A stretch of 35,843 nucleotides of DNA from Perkinsus olseni. Its lineage: Eukaryota. The translations under genes and the position numbers were made by a program. Positions 1 to 13,101 of the stretch are shown in pieces; position 1 is the first letter of the stretch; the number at the start of each line of letters is the position of its first letter. A model generated the notes under the pieces. That model was given only the letters and a program-made list of their open reading frames with translations, was not told where the DNA came from and ran no database searches. Location: contig JABANN010000356.1 of assembly GCA_013115125.1 (NCBI GenBank), positions 1 through 35,843 on the forward strand, written 5' to 3'.

Positions 1-316
1 GCTTCTGATTCGTGATTGTTACCGAGATATCGCTCTTTTTGGAAATATTCTAAGATTATTTGGAGCACTGTATTGGGAGAAATCCTCTGAGGTTCACTCA
101 CGACTTGGAGTGGTAGAAGCGAAAGAAAATTGCATAGATAGTTTGATAGCCCCACCCGAGCCGGAACCGTGAGAGGCAGGAGGAGCCCAGCACAGCCTTC
201 CCCGACTGACGGCAACTCGGAACCATGACCGACACAACAACAAGCTCATGACTGTACTCATGATGATAAAGTAGTGTACAAAAAGAAACTGGGAGCAACT
301 TCCGATAGAGAAATTT

Positions 317-3300
317 TCAATTCGTATGATTGGGAGCATCATCAACTGCAACCTCTTCGACGCGGACTTCGCTTTTTTCAACCGAGGAGTCGCCAGTGGG
401 GAGGTGGTCGTGGGGGCCAACCATCTTATCGGCGAAGAACACGTGTTGCCGCGACGCATATCTGATGAAAAAACCATAAAAAGGCAGCCCACTGCCATCA
501 ACAGCAGTAGCACTACACTTGAGGAGATTGACAGCTGCTGCTTTGACCTTGACAGAGGCATGCGTTCAACACTCGCTCGCTGCGTTTCTTCAGGCTCCAC
601 GGCACTAGGTAATCAATGATGCCGATAAAGTACTTGTGCCTAGGGAAGGGAAACCGATGAATGCTTCGCTTCATAGCTGTATCAAAGCCGGGCCTCAGAC
701 GCTAGCGCCAGCACTATTGCCAAAAAATCGGGCGAGCTAGGCAGGATGCAGAGCAGCAACACTGTCTCAGGATAACCGGGGATGCACTAGACTGGAGGGG
801 ATCGTGACCAGTAACCTACCTCCGGAATGGCGGGCTCGTTGAAGAAAGAGGGCCATGAACTCCTCGCCATACCTGCAAAAGCTATGCCCATGATCAGCGA
901 GCCACGCCATAGCAGCAGAACTTACCCATCCGTTGCCGACATGTTGCCGCATAGTGGAGGATGTGAGCTCGGATCGCAGAGTGCGCCATGAAGATGATGA
1001 TAATGAGTTGTTCGTGGAAGATCGACCGGACGCATTCACCTTACACGATGCTGCTACAACTTCTCACGTGAATCAAATCTATTTATTCCTCCTGTGCGAA
1101 AACGACGGCGCGATCGACACCCTCGGGCTGAGGACGCGTAGTCAGCATTGGGCCGGTGGCCTGCTCGAGACGAAGTGCAAAGGAGGGCATTCCATCGGAG
1201 GTCTCTTCAGCTGACTCATGCAACAACCAGCAAAATTGGAGGAATAACAGCCAGTAGAACGCGCTAACGGAACCCTATCGATCCAAAGCCCCACCAGCCT
1301 CAGCATCGGCAAGAGCTTCTTCAACGCTGTCTTCCGCAGTAGCTTGACGCCCTTCGTATGCACACCAGCATCGCTGCTCTCCGTGTCGTGTACCCCGACC
1401 AGTACGGAGTAATCCGTTACCTGAGCTCACCGCCATAAAGCTGCCAACACTCTGCCCAGCTTACTCCATGTTGTGCGAGGAACTCCACATCAGCCTTGTG
1501 TGTCGTTATCAAAATACTGATAAAAAACACTGCTTCGCTCCGCCCTATCCTCGGTGGCAAGTTACTCTTTGCATTCATCAGGCACATGTAACTTCATGCC
1601 AGCCTCACTCCAGTTAAGATCCTTCTTCACCGTTTCCGTGTCACCAGCCTTGCGGTTCTTCGACGTACCTTTAAAAGCACTAATCCCAAATCGCAGCTCA
1701 CAACGGATGCTCCAGGTGTCTCCGTTGCAAATTCGAGTGACGAAAGGTTCAAAAAACTGCAGATTCTTCGCTGTTCGCTCAAGATCAGCAGATAGTTGGA
1801 AAGACTCTCCCACACGCCCCGTCCAACATGTACCTACTTCCCTTCAAGTCATACTGTGCATGCAGCCCTAGGGAGCCGGTATCGAAGACGGAGGTCGATA
1901 CCTGGCCGCAAGATATCGATGGAATGAGCCGCCATTGCGCTTCAAGCTCACGAAGAACCATCGTCGGTAGCGATCTCCAATATGAAGCCGGTAGAGCCCC
2001 AGCATCCGCGTGAGGAGGGACCTGAGCAGCTAAGTCGGCCGGCGCAAGCTCTCGCACAAGGCCATCGCTCCGACCACTCCCACAGCACTATGCGCGGCCA
2101 GAATCCATCAGCAGAGCTCTCAGCGACCAACTCTGCCTAGCATGCCTACCTATGCGAGGTCACATGGTGGGCATAGTCCCTCAGCATCAGCAACAGCGTC
2201 TCGGCTTCCTCGTCCGATATGGTCTTCAACATGAACCTGAGCGCAGCTGCTGTCACCGCCGTCGTGGCCTACACTATCAGAGCTTACTTCCCATCGTGAC
2301 TGAAGAAGAAGAACTCTCCCGACTTGCTATTGGTGACAAACTCGATGAGAGAAAAGCCTCTCTGACAGAGGCTAGAGAGATACTGCTCGTCGGAGATACA
2401 GCACCTACGGCGGATATACCTGAGAATGGGGAGCCGTCGATACCATTCATCAAACGTCGGCGTGCTCGTTGGGCCAGCTGAGGTCAAGGGGCTCAGCCAC
2501 AGCCATCGCCCACTGTCTCTGCCGACGAGTCGCTCCCTCGTGCAGACGTACTGGAAGATCTCCGGCGCTGCCTCTTCGAAGACCAGTCTGTTAGGCTTGC
2601 TAATATGAGCGGGTGATAACCGTGTACCACTAGGAGGGAGGAGATAGCTACCTGCATAAATTTATGCTACCCGCACGACCACAACCGCCTCAACCAGCCA
2701 GAAATGGAGAGAAAACTGCTCTATATATGCACTTACGTCGCACAGCTGCCATCACGTTGTCAATCCTCATGGGGTTCGGCTCATCTGGTCTACCTTCTGA
2801 CGGCCAAGCCGGATCCATCTGCTGCCCTGCTCGTATCTTAGGTTGACCATAGTCACTTACGAAAAATGTCCACCTAGTAGCCTACCGTGGCCTCGATGCC
2901 CACCATCATGGCGTAGGCAAGAGCATAGTTGGCGGAATCCACACCAACTGACTTGGCGCCTAGACGACAAGCCACAGCTACAGATTAACCTCGTCATCGG
3001 GCTGCAAGACTCACGGCTGAGATGCTTCGGTCGACTCTTGTGAGTCATGGGAGCGTTGGTGATGTTCTCTCGAACTTCCTCGCTGGGGAGGTCGGACTCT
3101 GAAGCCTGCGTGGAAACTGAGCTTAATAAATAATTGAGCATAATTAATAATAACACAAATAATGGTTGTCATTCCAGCAGCGCTCCAGGCGAACATGTGC
3201 CTATTGGACCCGTAGAAAAAGCTGACCCCCCTGAGGCCTACCAGCGTCACTCGCCACGAAATTCCCCATGTAGACTCACCCGTGTCACTCGATACAAAAT

Positions 3301-3583
3301 TCCTTCCGCCGTCAGCTTCGAACTGCCGCCACAGCGGCTCGATTTTGCCTGCCAAGGAGAATCTCAAAACCCTCAAGCCCTCTTATCAGACAACAACCAG
3401 GCCGTCAGGCAGTATTTTGATATGACATTTTCCCCAAGAAAGATATTTTCCCCGGAAAAAAATTGAAGCCCTTTCTGACCCCCTCACACCCTCACCAACG
3501 CTCACCCCAGGCAGCTGCCTTCATTTCCTCGACGGGAGGCTTACTCTCAGTGGCGTCGATGATACCAGCGCTTGCAGTCTCAT
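317..3583 (-). CDS. Phosphatidylinositol phosphate kinase (PIP4K/PIP5K family), multi-exon; 5' end uncertain
   Basis: GT-AG spliced exons give the PIPK motifs in order: SANYALAYAMMVGIEAT (~2830-2900), YLLPPSGTRLSPAH..LVFEEAAPEIFQ|YIRRRCCISDEQYLSSLC..NSKSGEFFFFSHDGK|FMLKTISDEEAE, SLLTRMLGLYRL, YDLKGS, KKDLNW, ADVEFLAQHG|VTDYSVLVGVHD, KYFIGIIDYLVPWSLKKRSE. The last exon YASRQHVFF...HTN ends at TGA 317-319. ATG 3583 is the first in-frame Met I could link; further upstream exons are possible. Confidence 0.93.
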
Positions 3584-4545
3584 GGCGAACCTCGTGTAAC
3601 CTGAACAAGGAAACTGTAATGCTGTTCAAAATCGATCCGTGCAAAAAACGCAGTTGAATCCTACATCTCACGCTTTTTCGCAGCAGTAAAAGGGACCTCC
3701 GAAGATGCACTACCGAGGGCCAATATCTTTTCTGAGACAGAAAAGCATCCCCACAATGCTGATGATGATCGACAACGTCCTCGCAGCCCATCATTCGCGC
3801 AGCACTACCATGCCAGTCACGTCACTCTACCGAGCGATCTTCCCAGTACATGACGAGCAAAATCCATTCGTTGCAGCCACATTTAGGCGTTGGTACAATA
3901 GCAAGCTCCCTTGATCACCACACCTCTTCAAGCTACTTCACCAATAGGAACTTCAATTCCGTCAGGCCAGCGTTGCCCTCACCCAAGATACTCTCACAGT
4001 GATTTCAATTTCCATCGCGGAATCTATTAACTTCAATTTCGACGTAAGCTAGAAGAGGCAGATATATCTCAATAGCAAACTACGGTACCCTCAATGAAGT
4101 CCTATAAGAATCGCTAGCGCCCGGTGACACTTTCAGCGCGTCGCACTTAGTCATATATAATCCCCTTCACAGACACAGCCGCGCGATGACTAGAGAGAAA
4201 TATCTCGAAAGATACGCTCATCAACAGCCAGGCCATTTGAGGTTAACCTCGATCCTGCCAACTCTACCCATAAGATTCCCCATCTTAAGAGATTTCTCAA
4301 TGCTGTTGGAGTCAGTCGTCGATCTTCGAAGCCACATCGCGAAGTGACCAACTTCCAGCGCATTCCGAAACGCCTCATCAGGGCCACTACATCGACCATC
4401 ACGAGCACCTGCAGGAGGTTGCAATGACGAAGCTAGCAGCTCCCACCATCCAACTCTCAGGAAGCGAGAGTTGGCACAGCCTTGATAAGCTCTTTCTATG
4501 CGGATTTATGTTTCAGCGAGAACTCACTCGCTGCAGTCGTGCATA

Positions 4546-4600
4546 TGGCACTAGGGTCATGCCGCACGGTTCGTTGGTCGCCGGTTCGAATCCCAGCGAT
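4546..4600 (+). pseudogene. Degenerate tRNA-like / tRNA-derived SINE-head fragment
   Basis: Perfect Pol III B-box GGTTCGAATCC at 4583-4593. A-box-like TGGCACTAGGG at 4546 with a GGC/GCC D-stem. The anticodon arm is ~8 nt short and the T and acceptor stems are mispaired. Confidence 0.3.
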
Positions 4601-5372
4601 GATATATTGAATATCACGTTTTCATAGAGAAACTGTTGCGGACCCTTGCTAAGCAATGCGTATATGTGTCGTGTGTGCATGTGAGAAATTCCAAGTCGAA
4701 ACTCGGTATACTGTAGAATTGACCTCCCCACAACCAAGTCCCCGCTCTAGATGGCGGATTACACTACGACAAGAAGGCAGCTACTAGTTCAAGCTAACTC
4801 ATCCAATAACAATTCCGAAGTGTTACGTACAGGAAACAACAGACTGCCATATCGGGTATACTCGTTCCACGACACTCATTGAAACAGATACGTGGTCACC
4901 GCCTTGGAGCGCTTATCATGCGTGAGGTCTTAGCTCGCACTTCAAGCAGATTCTGAACCACCTCTTACGGCTCGGTGGCGACCCGCTCACGCGAAAGCGC
5001 TCCATTTTATCCTTCCTAAGACCCGTCCCCAGGAGCAGTATCATCATTCATTCGACTATCACGAGAAGGGCTATAAGATCTCGCAACCGACCCCCCGAGG
5101 CTCAAAGCGGGAGTTGCCATTACCAGTAGCTGGGGCTTGTGGGGTATCCTTTCTTGTCATCAAACAATTGTTGTTAAATCAAACTAGCAGACCGAATTGG
5201 CCGACAGTGGACTTAACCCGAATACGCGGCGAGGAGAATAAAAAATATTGAACTGCCTAGAACAATGGTAACAAGTGTGTCAATGTGAATGGTGCTGAGA
5301 AGAAGCCGGACTAGATGGTCCATCCGACAAAAGTGAAATCGATCACACGATCGATTTAGCGAGTATAATTCT

Positions 5373-8300
5373 CTAATGATAAGCTTCATTGTTTGCCTCT
5401 TTCTCTGCCGCTGCACAAATCCGGACCAACTGCCGACGGGACACAACGCCGCTTATCTGAAAAACCACGGGTGACCCAAGCGGTGACAACTGATGGAAAA
5501 ATCGCAAATGATAAAAGTATGTAGTGTATCATTAATCCAATATAAGATTATGTCAATACGCAACGAGTGCATGCTTCAACCTAAGATGCGCTCAAATTCA
5601 TGAAGGGCACCTAGGCCTCCTCGTGATACAAATCGTTCTCCTACGGAAATCCGTCCTTAAAACTCTCCTGTCCATTCATCTAGTAACGAAAAAATGATGA
5701 AAATCTCTCCATAGGTCTCTGGGGGACAACTACAACTGTGCCGTGGAGTACGCAACGAAGAAAGAGCGAAAACTACTGATGAGAAAGTTTTCACCCCAGG
5801 ACCGTAATTGCCTACCTTGCCGACCATTCCCAAATTGCCCTTCAAGTCCCCATGCATCACGAAAATCAGATCCGTCTTGTCGCGACCTTCAGCCGAGGGC
5901 CGAACGAACCAGCAGGAATAATCCAACTGAAAAAAGATACACCAAGAATAAGAGCACACCATGATTTAGGAACATGAAAGTGAACTCCTTCGTGACACGT
6001 CATACTACCAACAGATTCGCCCTATCCAGTTTACGACCTGGAATACGCTGTAGACGTTAACTACCTATGGCAATCACCATTGTATTAACAGTGGCATAAT
6101 AATGTCCAAGACAAATCCCATTATGGTCAGCAGCCCTGTGTCGTTCGACATCAATTCCCCTCCACAGTGATACCGATACGAGATATGAAACTATTTTCAT
6201 AACAGAAGACGGGAGGACAACAAAAAGTAGTGATTTCGGCCGTACGGCACAGGTCCGGCGATTATTGCTAGGCTGTCATAGTAAAGACTGTTGTTGAGGT
6301 TTTCAACTCGTGGAAAGGAATTTCGACAAGTGGCGATCTCGCCGCCGCCATCCCCGACTGAAGTATAGATTGAGCGATGATACGCGGATTCCAAGCCATA
6401 CCACACCTTCCACTACCAATCCCCTGATCGACTTAGAGTCCTCCTTCAATACGACATCATCTCCACCTAGCCTCTTCGGTACTTCCCCAACTCGCGCGCT
6501 CCGTGATAGTATAGCAGTGGAACCATCCTCAGACAGCGGCACTATGGCAAACATAATCATGTAGTCTCGCGTGCTCACTGGCCATATGGACTTGGCTGCT
6601 GTGTGTCTGAGAGAACCGGCAAATACTAATACTACCAATACTTCTTACACACGGCAAAACGCTCAAATTGGGGAGCGACCAGAGCGTATTCTCTCAGTCC
6701 CCGATGGCACCGCGGATACTAGAGCCTCATTTTGAGCGGATACTCAGGCAAATCCATCCTGTCCTACGACCAGGGAAAGGCGTTTCACGATTCTACTTTT
6801 TCTGACACCTCTAGCTGTCCATTACTCCCCCGATCCCTTCCCGTACTTTATCATACAACCGTTCTCCTCCACTATTGCCGTCTGGTAGTCCATCGTTTCA
6901 TCGCATCGCTGATACCGATCAAACTCAGTGAGAGCACTTATCTGAGCATACCGAAGACTGCACCTCCGAACGACACCGTCCAAGTGAAATTCCTTGTAGC
7001 TAGAGTAGAGATACACAAGGACTTAAGACACGACACTCAAGACCGAAAGAGACTTGAGTTTGATGGAATATATAATGGTGGTTTGTGGCATGCAGTGATA
7101 TCATGAAACGCTCGATCTTGTCCACTTAGCGAATCACAACGAAGCTGCGTCACGCGCCAGCTAATGCACGCATCACAGGATCACTGCGACGCCGTCACAC
7201 TTACGTTAGCGCGTCACGGAGTGAATTGTGATCTATATCGATCATTCGGGCGCGCGCTTTCTCTTACCATATCCCGCGTATTGGCGTTCAGCCCACGACA
7301 GGTTAAAGCAAAGGATGGCCACTGGTTTTCGGGGAACAAATCAAATGTCGAGTATACCTGTTAATAAACGGCAGACACCTCCTCATAATACATCATCACC
7401 AACAAGAGCACTCCTTGATAGGCAACAGTAATGGCCATCAACCAACTAAAAGCCATACTAACTGGGCCGCCGTCAGAGTGAATGCCTAGGACGACCCCTG
7501 TCGGTCAACTCTAAGATACCAATCTCCACAAGGTAACAGCAGCAGCAGCAGCAGCAGCTCCTGCTATCACACAACGACGATCAGCCGACAAGGGACTATC
7601 GGATTCTCGATAGTTCACGATTCTTCGGACCAGAATCAAAATCTCACGCGAAAACAGCCCTACTACCGAGGTAGCATTGACCTCTCTCCTGGCTACCTTG
7701 CAGTCAGGTTCGCTGACTTCCGTATCAGACGTCCAGTGAACTCCCCCGGTAAAGATACTCTGGGATATGTCAACCTGCCTCCTACGATCATGTGCTGCCG
7801 GTAGGGAATGCGGGAAAGATGCTGAGAAAGAAGGAATAAATATAGCGACTCATTCTGGGACGTATCTTTTCCATTCGTCATATGCACGCTCAACCTCACC
7901 CCCACTCACTGTCCACATGATCCTGCTGTGGTATGGTAGGCAGTACCTCATCGATCAGCTGATCGATAAGCTCCTTCATCGGCACGATAGGTAATGTATC
8001 ACCACTTGCCTCCTCGAACGGGGCTAAAGTTTCAGAACGATAAAGATGACGATGATGAACACCGCACACTCATTTAGTAGTCCCAGTACTGTCCAAGGAC
8101 AATGCAGATACGTACCACAAATTCAACGACACTGAAGACCTAAACCCGAGCGAATTTCAAGGGCGCTGAGACATACTACAATATTACTAACTGTAAATCG
8201 TTTCAAACGCTACAATGCGCGCTAAGGATACGGATGTTCTCGAACACGCGACTCGATATGGCATCGACCATGGCCGATCGAACGGTTGCCGTTCAGAAAC

Positions 8301-8568
8301 TCGCAGTATGAACCAGTTTCCACCACTCCCCAATCACGAACACCATTCCTCCCTCTGACAAGCATCGTTATGGATGCTCACAACAGCAGGCGTCAGTTCG
8401 TCTATTTCAACTCCTCCTCCTCCAGCACCACCTTCATTTGCTGTCAGCTGATCCCTTCTAGTATCAGATGATGTATCCGACAGAGCCTTGGGAGATGCAG
8501 CCGTCGCAGCCTCTGGCGAGGTCGATAACGTGGTCACTGATGAGGAGGATCTTGACCTCTGCGATGAC
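5373..8568 (-). CDS. START-domain (lipid-binding/transfer) protein, multi-exon; probably extends upstream to ~9770
   Basis: Phase-consistent splicing: Ser-rich linker..DACQREEW|RQVVDTLPIVPMKELIDQLIDE|VDISQSIFTGGVHWTSDTEVSEPDCK|VYSTFDLFPENH|YKEFHLDGVV..RCDETMD..MIK|HTAAKSIWPVSTRDYMIMFAIVP..SRS..IRGL (6417-6606)|LDYSCWFVRP..TDLIFVMHGDLKGNLGMVGK (5816-5926)|ISGVVSRRQLVRICAAAEKEANNEAYH* (5373-5456). WPVSxRD, IRG and DLKG are START hallmarks. Confidence 0.85.
7537..7557 (+). repeat. (CAG)7 microsatellite in a START-gene intron
   Basis: Seven perfect CAG units read directly. Confidence 0.95.
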
Positions 8569-8929
8569 CTGAGATGAAAACCATCAGCACAATTGTGTAG
8601 GATTCTCATATCATAGTTCTATGGGTGCATATCTTCAGTCAAGGATGAGCTATCGAGGTTAACCTATCGAGTATAGACGCTCAAAGATACTGCAGTGACC
8701 AATCACCTCAGCAGTGATAGTCATTCATTACCCTTCTCTAGCGACTACTCATTCCACTGCAGAATATCGAGCAACTGCGGACAACTCCGCGACCACTGCA
8801 GGTTCTCTCGTCAATTTTCAAGGGACGAAACAAAACAATCTCTCGCCGAGGTTCATCAACATTAGTTGATGACAGTAGTCGAGATGCATGATAGTTATGA
8901 TGCTCAAAGGGCATCATCGTTCCCTCAAC

Positions 8930-9777
8930 CGTTTAACGTAGAGGACAGGGTAGCTCGACTCAGAATGGATACGGCCTGCTTCCACGTAAGATACTCTCCA
9001 AATCGCATACAAATTTCACTGACCACGCAACGAGTTAGTACTACTGAACCTGTACTGTCAGGCTTCGTTGGATCCATCACAAGGACAGAAAGGCTGCATA
9101 ACTATGACCAGGGAGCACCCTAACTCGCGTTGTCCCCCCTACTACCCTCGGCCCCCCTCGACGGCCATGTCCAGCAGTAGAGCATTAGCAATGACCAAAC
9201 CGCCAAATATTGTACTTAATAAAGATAGCTTCAAAAATGCCAGACCGAAACTGACGCCATTCAATAGCAAACTGGAGGTAGGGTCGGCAACTCCATCAAG
9301 GGGTACGGCTAGCAGAACATAGGAAGACCGCGAGAAGAAGTAGGATAGTTGGGCCACCACTACTGACGGTAATAGACGCTTTAAATGCGGCATTGTAACC
9401 TAAGGAAAGATACTCCCGAGGGGAGGTCGAATCTGCCGCTCATCGACCATGTTAAAGATTCCCTTCACATCGTTATCCAGATTCCCTCGGGAGTATAAAG
9501 TCGTGAATAGAGTGTAATAACCCATGGGAAGGACGTTGGAGATTGCCTAGTATTTTCTAGCTGATTTCCAATCATACCACACCATACGCAAATCCTGATG
9601 GACCCGGCCATATGCGCTGAAGAATACAATGAGAAAAATAGAAACACCTATACTAAACTAACACCAGTTCCACTTTTTAGCAACTCCTTAACGATGCGAA
9701 GTTTCTGGACCACCGAGCGCCCACGGCGAATTGCTACGATCACACTGGTCACACTTTGCGGCGGAAGTTCAGATTCT
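8930..9777 (-). CDS. Probable upstream exons (hydrophobic region) of the START gene, or a separate membrane-protein gene
   Basis: Open, splice-site-bounded segments such as SVIVAIRRGRSVVQKLRIVKELLK, AISNVLPMGYYTLFTTLYSRG, and VTMPHLKRLLPSVVVAQLSYFF...LSTIFGGLVIANALLLD. Linkage to the START exons not resolved. Confidence 0.4.
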
Positions 9778-9906
9778 CATACTCATAGCAAGTTATTGAG
9801 GAGTGGGAAGATGGTGTGGAAAAATATCCCCGAAAAATGTTCGATTATCGCTATTTACATCACAAATTACGATGCACTGCATGAACTTCCATGAACGGTA
9901 AATTCC

Positions 9907-10356
9907 TCAGTCCCACACTACCTTCTTCTCCCTACTAGTATCATCCTCACTACCCCCACCATCGCCATCATCAACCTCATCGAGCAGGACCCCATCCGTG
10001 CCCGTCGATGGTTGAACATACCCATCTTCATCCTCTGCATTCATAGCTAACTCTAGCCCCTTCAACATCGCTCGGTGCCATCGGTCAGCTTCGATTCTCC
10101 TCATAAATTTAAACGCTATCCGGTCGAATTCAACCACACTCAGAGCTTGCCCGTCGGCTGAGGCTCCCGACCCTTCGTGATGGACTAACTTCTTCACATC
10201 TTCGCCGGCGTGCTCTAGCGACTCTTTCAGCTTCATTTTCCAAGAATCTTTCGCCTCTACACCATCACTGGTCGCAGTATCAACTGTGCTGGCAGCATCA
10301 TCAGAGCCTCTCCGATCACCGTAAGCACTGAATGTGGAATTAGGACGATTGCCCAT
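9907..10356 (-). CDS. Small acidic hypothetical protein (>=149 aa); an in-frame upstream exon 10561-10680 may extend it
   Basis: Uninterrupted ORF MGNRPNSTFSAYGD...KKVVWD*. Strong polypyrimidine-CAG acceptor at 10427-10444. Exon 10561-10680 splices in frame. Confidence 0.65.
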   Translation of the reverse strand: MGNRPNSTFSAYGDRRGSDDAASTVDTATSDGVEAKDSWKMKLKESLEHAGEDVKKLVHHEGSGASADGQALSVVEFDRIAFKFMRRIEADRWHRAMLKGLELAMNAEDEDGYVQPSTGTDGVLLDEVDDGDGGGSEDDTSREKKVVWD

Positions 10357-10773
10357 ACTAGAACTGCTGCCGCTGGAAGAGCTATCAAAACTCCTCCTTC
10401 CCCGCTGCAAATGGTTCAAAACGATCCTGAGGAAGAGAAAAAAAATTCGGTCAGTAAATGAAAATTCCCGATTCCCGATAGATACCAAAAGACGATGTTC
10501 CAAAGGAGTGGTATGGGAGCCCCGGTAGCAAGACGTCCACTGAGAGAACGTGATTAGTACCTGTATTGTCGAGCACCAGTCCAAGTCTTATCATCATGTA
10601 CAGGACTAACAGCATACTGTCGTAAATCTAGCCGAAACCGACTGCTGCGAGAAGTATGATACAAATCGGTGTATTCAAGCCTGAGAGAATATGAGGGATA
10701 CTTGGCCTCTACTTGGCGTCTACTGGTCCGCCAGTATCAACTGATCTCAATTTGGGATTGTTAAATGATCCAA

Positions 10774-10851
10774 TTCTGAAACTCAGAATAAAAACCAGAA
10801 CCGCATTCCACGCGTAAAAATCAATTCCAGAATCTGTTCTGAGTTTCAGAA
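10774..10851. mobile_element. 78-bp MITE-like inverted repeat
   Basis: Perfect 15-bp inverted arms TTCTGAAACTCAGAA (10774-10788) and TTCTGAGTTTCAGAA (10837-10851). No clear TSD. Confidence 0.45.
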
Positions 10852-11942
10852 CTACTTTATGGGAGGATTAGTAAGAATCATTAGACTAAGAGTAAGGGAC
10901 TGATTACGTCTCTAGTACTATCATCTACTACTACTTCTCCTCAGGCCTGCTGTCCCCGTGCAAACCTAGTAGCATTGCAGCTGATGTCCAGAATGTAAGC
11001 TATGACTGTTGTCCCCCCTTCACTACCATCCATCCGTCTTGATGGTCACGTATTTATCAGCCCATTTCCGCCGTCTTCGCAGAGTAGCTGGTCCAGCAAT
11101 GACGACTCCTTTCTGTGGATCAACAGGAAGGGTCGAAGTCGTGTGTTTCCGAATAATCGCGGAGTTGATGAGTTGATGAGTCATCAGTCAAAAAACAGGT
11201 ACTGTGCATGATCACTGAGCGATGAGGGCCGCCGCTCACGCCACATCACCGCATTTTCCGAAAGTCCAATAATCCTATTGGATTTTCTCTCAAGACATAT
11301 CAGATTTAACATGGCAAAGACAGCTGCTAGTTACGTGAGTGTGACGCTCTTCCTTCGAGCTGTCGATAGAAGCTTTTCTTACACGCCGTGCTGTACATGG
11401 TTCAATCGCCACGTCTCTCAGGACAAAAGCCGCCAACTATCACGCCAATGATACACAATAGTGGTCTTGAGATTCCTTCCAGGTCGCTCGCCAGCTACGT
11501 GCGTTTGACGGACTGCCTTCGAGCTAAGATCGATAGGACTGTATTTCTCTTAGTTTCGTTTTCTTCCCGAGCGCACGGGTGGACCGTCTTCGTGTTTTAT
11601 CGACGGTGAAACCGGGACGAAAGGAGACAAGATTTGTGTGCTAGCAGCATTGGCTGGAGCGCTCGCTAGCCAGGATGGATTCAATATACGTCATGCTGAC
11701 GTCTATATACTATGTTATAGAGGCAAAAATTGATATCTTATAATATAATACATAAGGATTAGTACACAGAATTTAATAGCTAATCGATTCAGCTTCTCGT
11801 TGTTCCCTGAGCAAACCGTTCCGTATTGCCGCATCGACGGAGTTGCAGAAAGACTTTAATACTACAACACTATCACCATTCGCCACAACAACACATCAAC
11901 ACACTGGCACGACCAACACGCTCGAACAGCCTCATGAGGGGA

Positions 11943-12748
11943 TCAGCCCTCCTCGTCGTGATACACAGCTTCCCCATGTCTGCGAAGCTTTTTCACAGCC
12001 TTCTTGACGAATTCCTTCTTCACAAATTTATCCATCCAACGCCTCCCGTACTTCTCGTAACCGGCGGGAGGGTGGGTCTCGACGTAGTTGATCAATGAAG
12101 CACATCTTTCGCCTTCCATACCAGCATCGAACTCTTCTACGATTTTATCGCCGACGTGGGCGAAGGGATTGTATTTCATGAACTTTCCATTGATTTCCTC
12201 CGACGCGCCCTCGACTTTCCCTCCCTTACTCCCGCGGAAGTACTGTAGCGAAGCCATCCCTCGAGGCTTCAGCCTGAGACGGACGAGCAGACCAACAGAC
12301 AGAAGGGAAGGAAAAACGAATCTCACCAATATTCGACAGAGGTGACCTTGGGTGTGTAAGAGACGAATGTAATCGAATGACCGCCACCTTCATAAATTCT
12401 ATGGAGAACTTGAAGAGAAGCAGGGCCTCTGTAACCCTTGTAGCAGTTGGTGGATGCAGCCGAGACCTGGAAGGCACCCACGCCGACACACGATTCAGAT
12501 CAAGGTCTTCCTACGGTACGAATCCTACCTCTTCAGGAGTCGTATCCGAAGTCCCCGCATTAGGCTCTGAGGACGCAGGGGCGGTGTGGCCAGCGACATG
12601 CGCCGTCTACGGGGGAGTATGGATTGCCAGTAATGATCATCAAACTCACCTTAGTCCTGCTGCTGGACTGCACTCCCATGACGGAGATGAGGCTCGACGA
12701 GAAGAATAGTGATGCGAACAGGAAGAATATACGATTGACGGTTCCCAT
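11943..12748 (-). CDS. Secreted protein, 215 aa, 4 exons (paralogue A, intact)
   Basis: Exons 12650-12748, 12529-12606, 12327-12466, 11943-12273 (648 nt); GT-AG introns of 43, 62 and 53 nt. N-terminal signal peptide MGTVNRIFFLFASLFFSSSLISVMG. C-terminal domain with NPFAH..C.SLINYVETHPPAGYEKYG..W is shared with paralogue B. Confidence 0.88.
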
Positions 12749-12842
12749 CGGGTTAACAAGAGTAGTCCTGCGACTGACGATGACTTCTCACATTCGTCGT
12801 CACAGCCCCTCATTATCTGATGCTGGTGCGAGACTCGGTGTA

Positions 12843-13101
12843 TGTGTGGTTAGTGGCTCGTTTGAGACTACCAAGTTTTTTTTGAGTGGAAACGAAATTA
12901 GACACGTCTGACATGGTAGATTATACGGATCACAGGTGAAACGTTTATCAACAGCCTTAACCAGCCAAGCAGACAGACAAACGCCCGCAGGCAGCAGCAC
13001 AGGCTACCAATCGACAGCGAGTAGTATGGACATGCTCGCCTACCACGGTGCACTAGACAGAAGATGGTGTGTGGTTAGCGGCTCGCTTGAGACTACCAAG
13101 T
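12843..13101. repeat. 34-bp direct repeat pair (12843-12876, 13068-13101)
   Basis: TGTGTGGTTAGYGGCTCGYTTGAGACTACCAAGT, 32/34 identical. The first copy runs into a T8 tract. Confidence 0.9.

Noticed and set aside
3600-5330. GPCR (7TM) domain fused to the PIP kinase
   Set aside because: Could not splice any run of transmembrane exons onto the kinase; isolated hydrophobic ORFs such as 5213-5323 look like UTR
7950-7967. 18-bp perfect palindrome
   Set aside because: Lies in a START-gene exon encoding IDQLID; no further support
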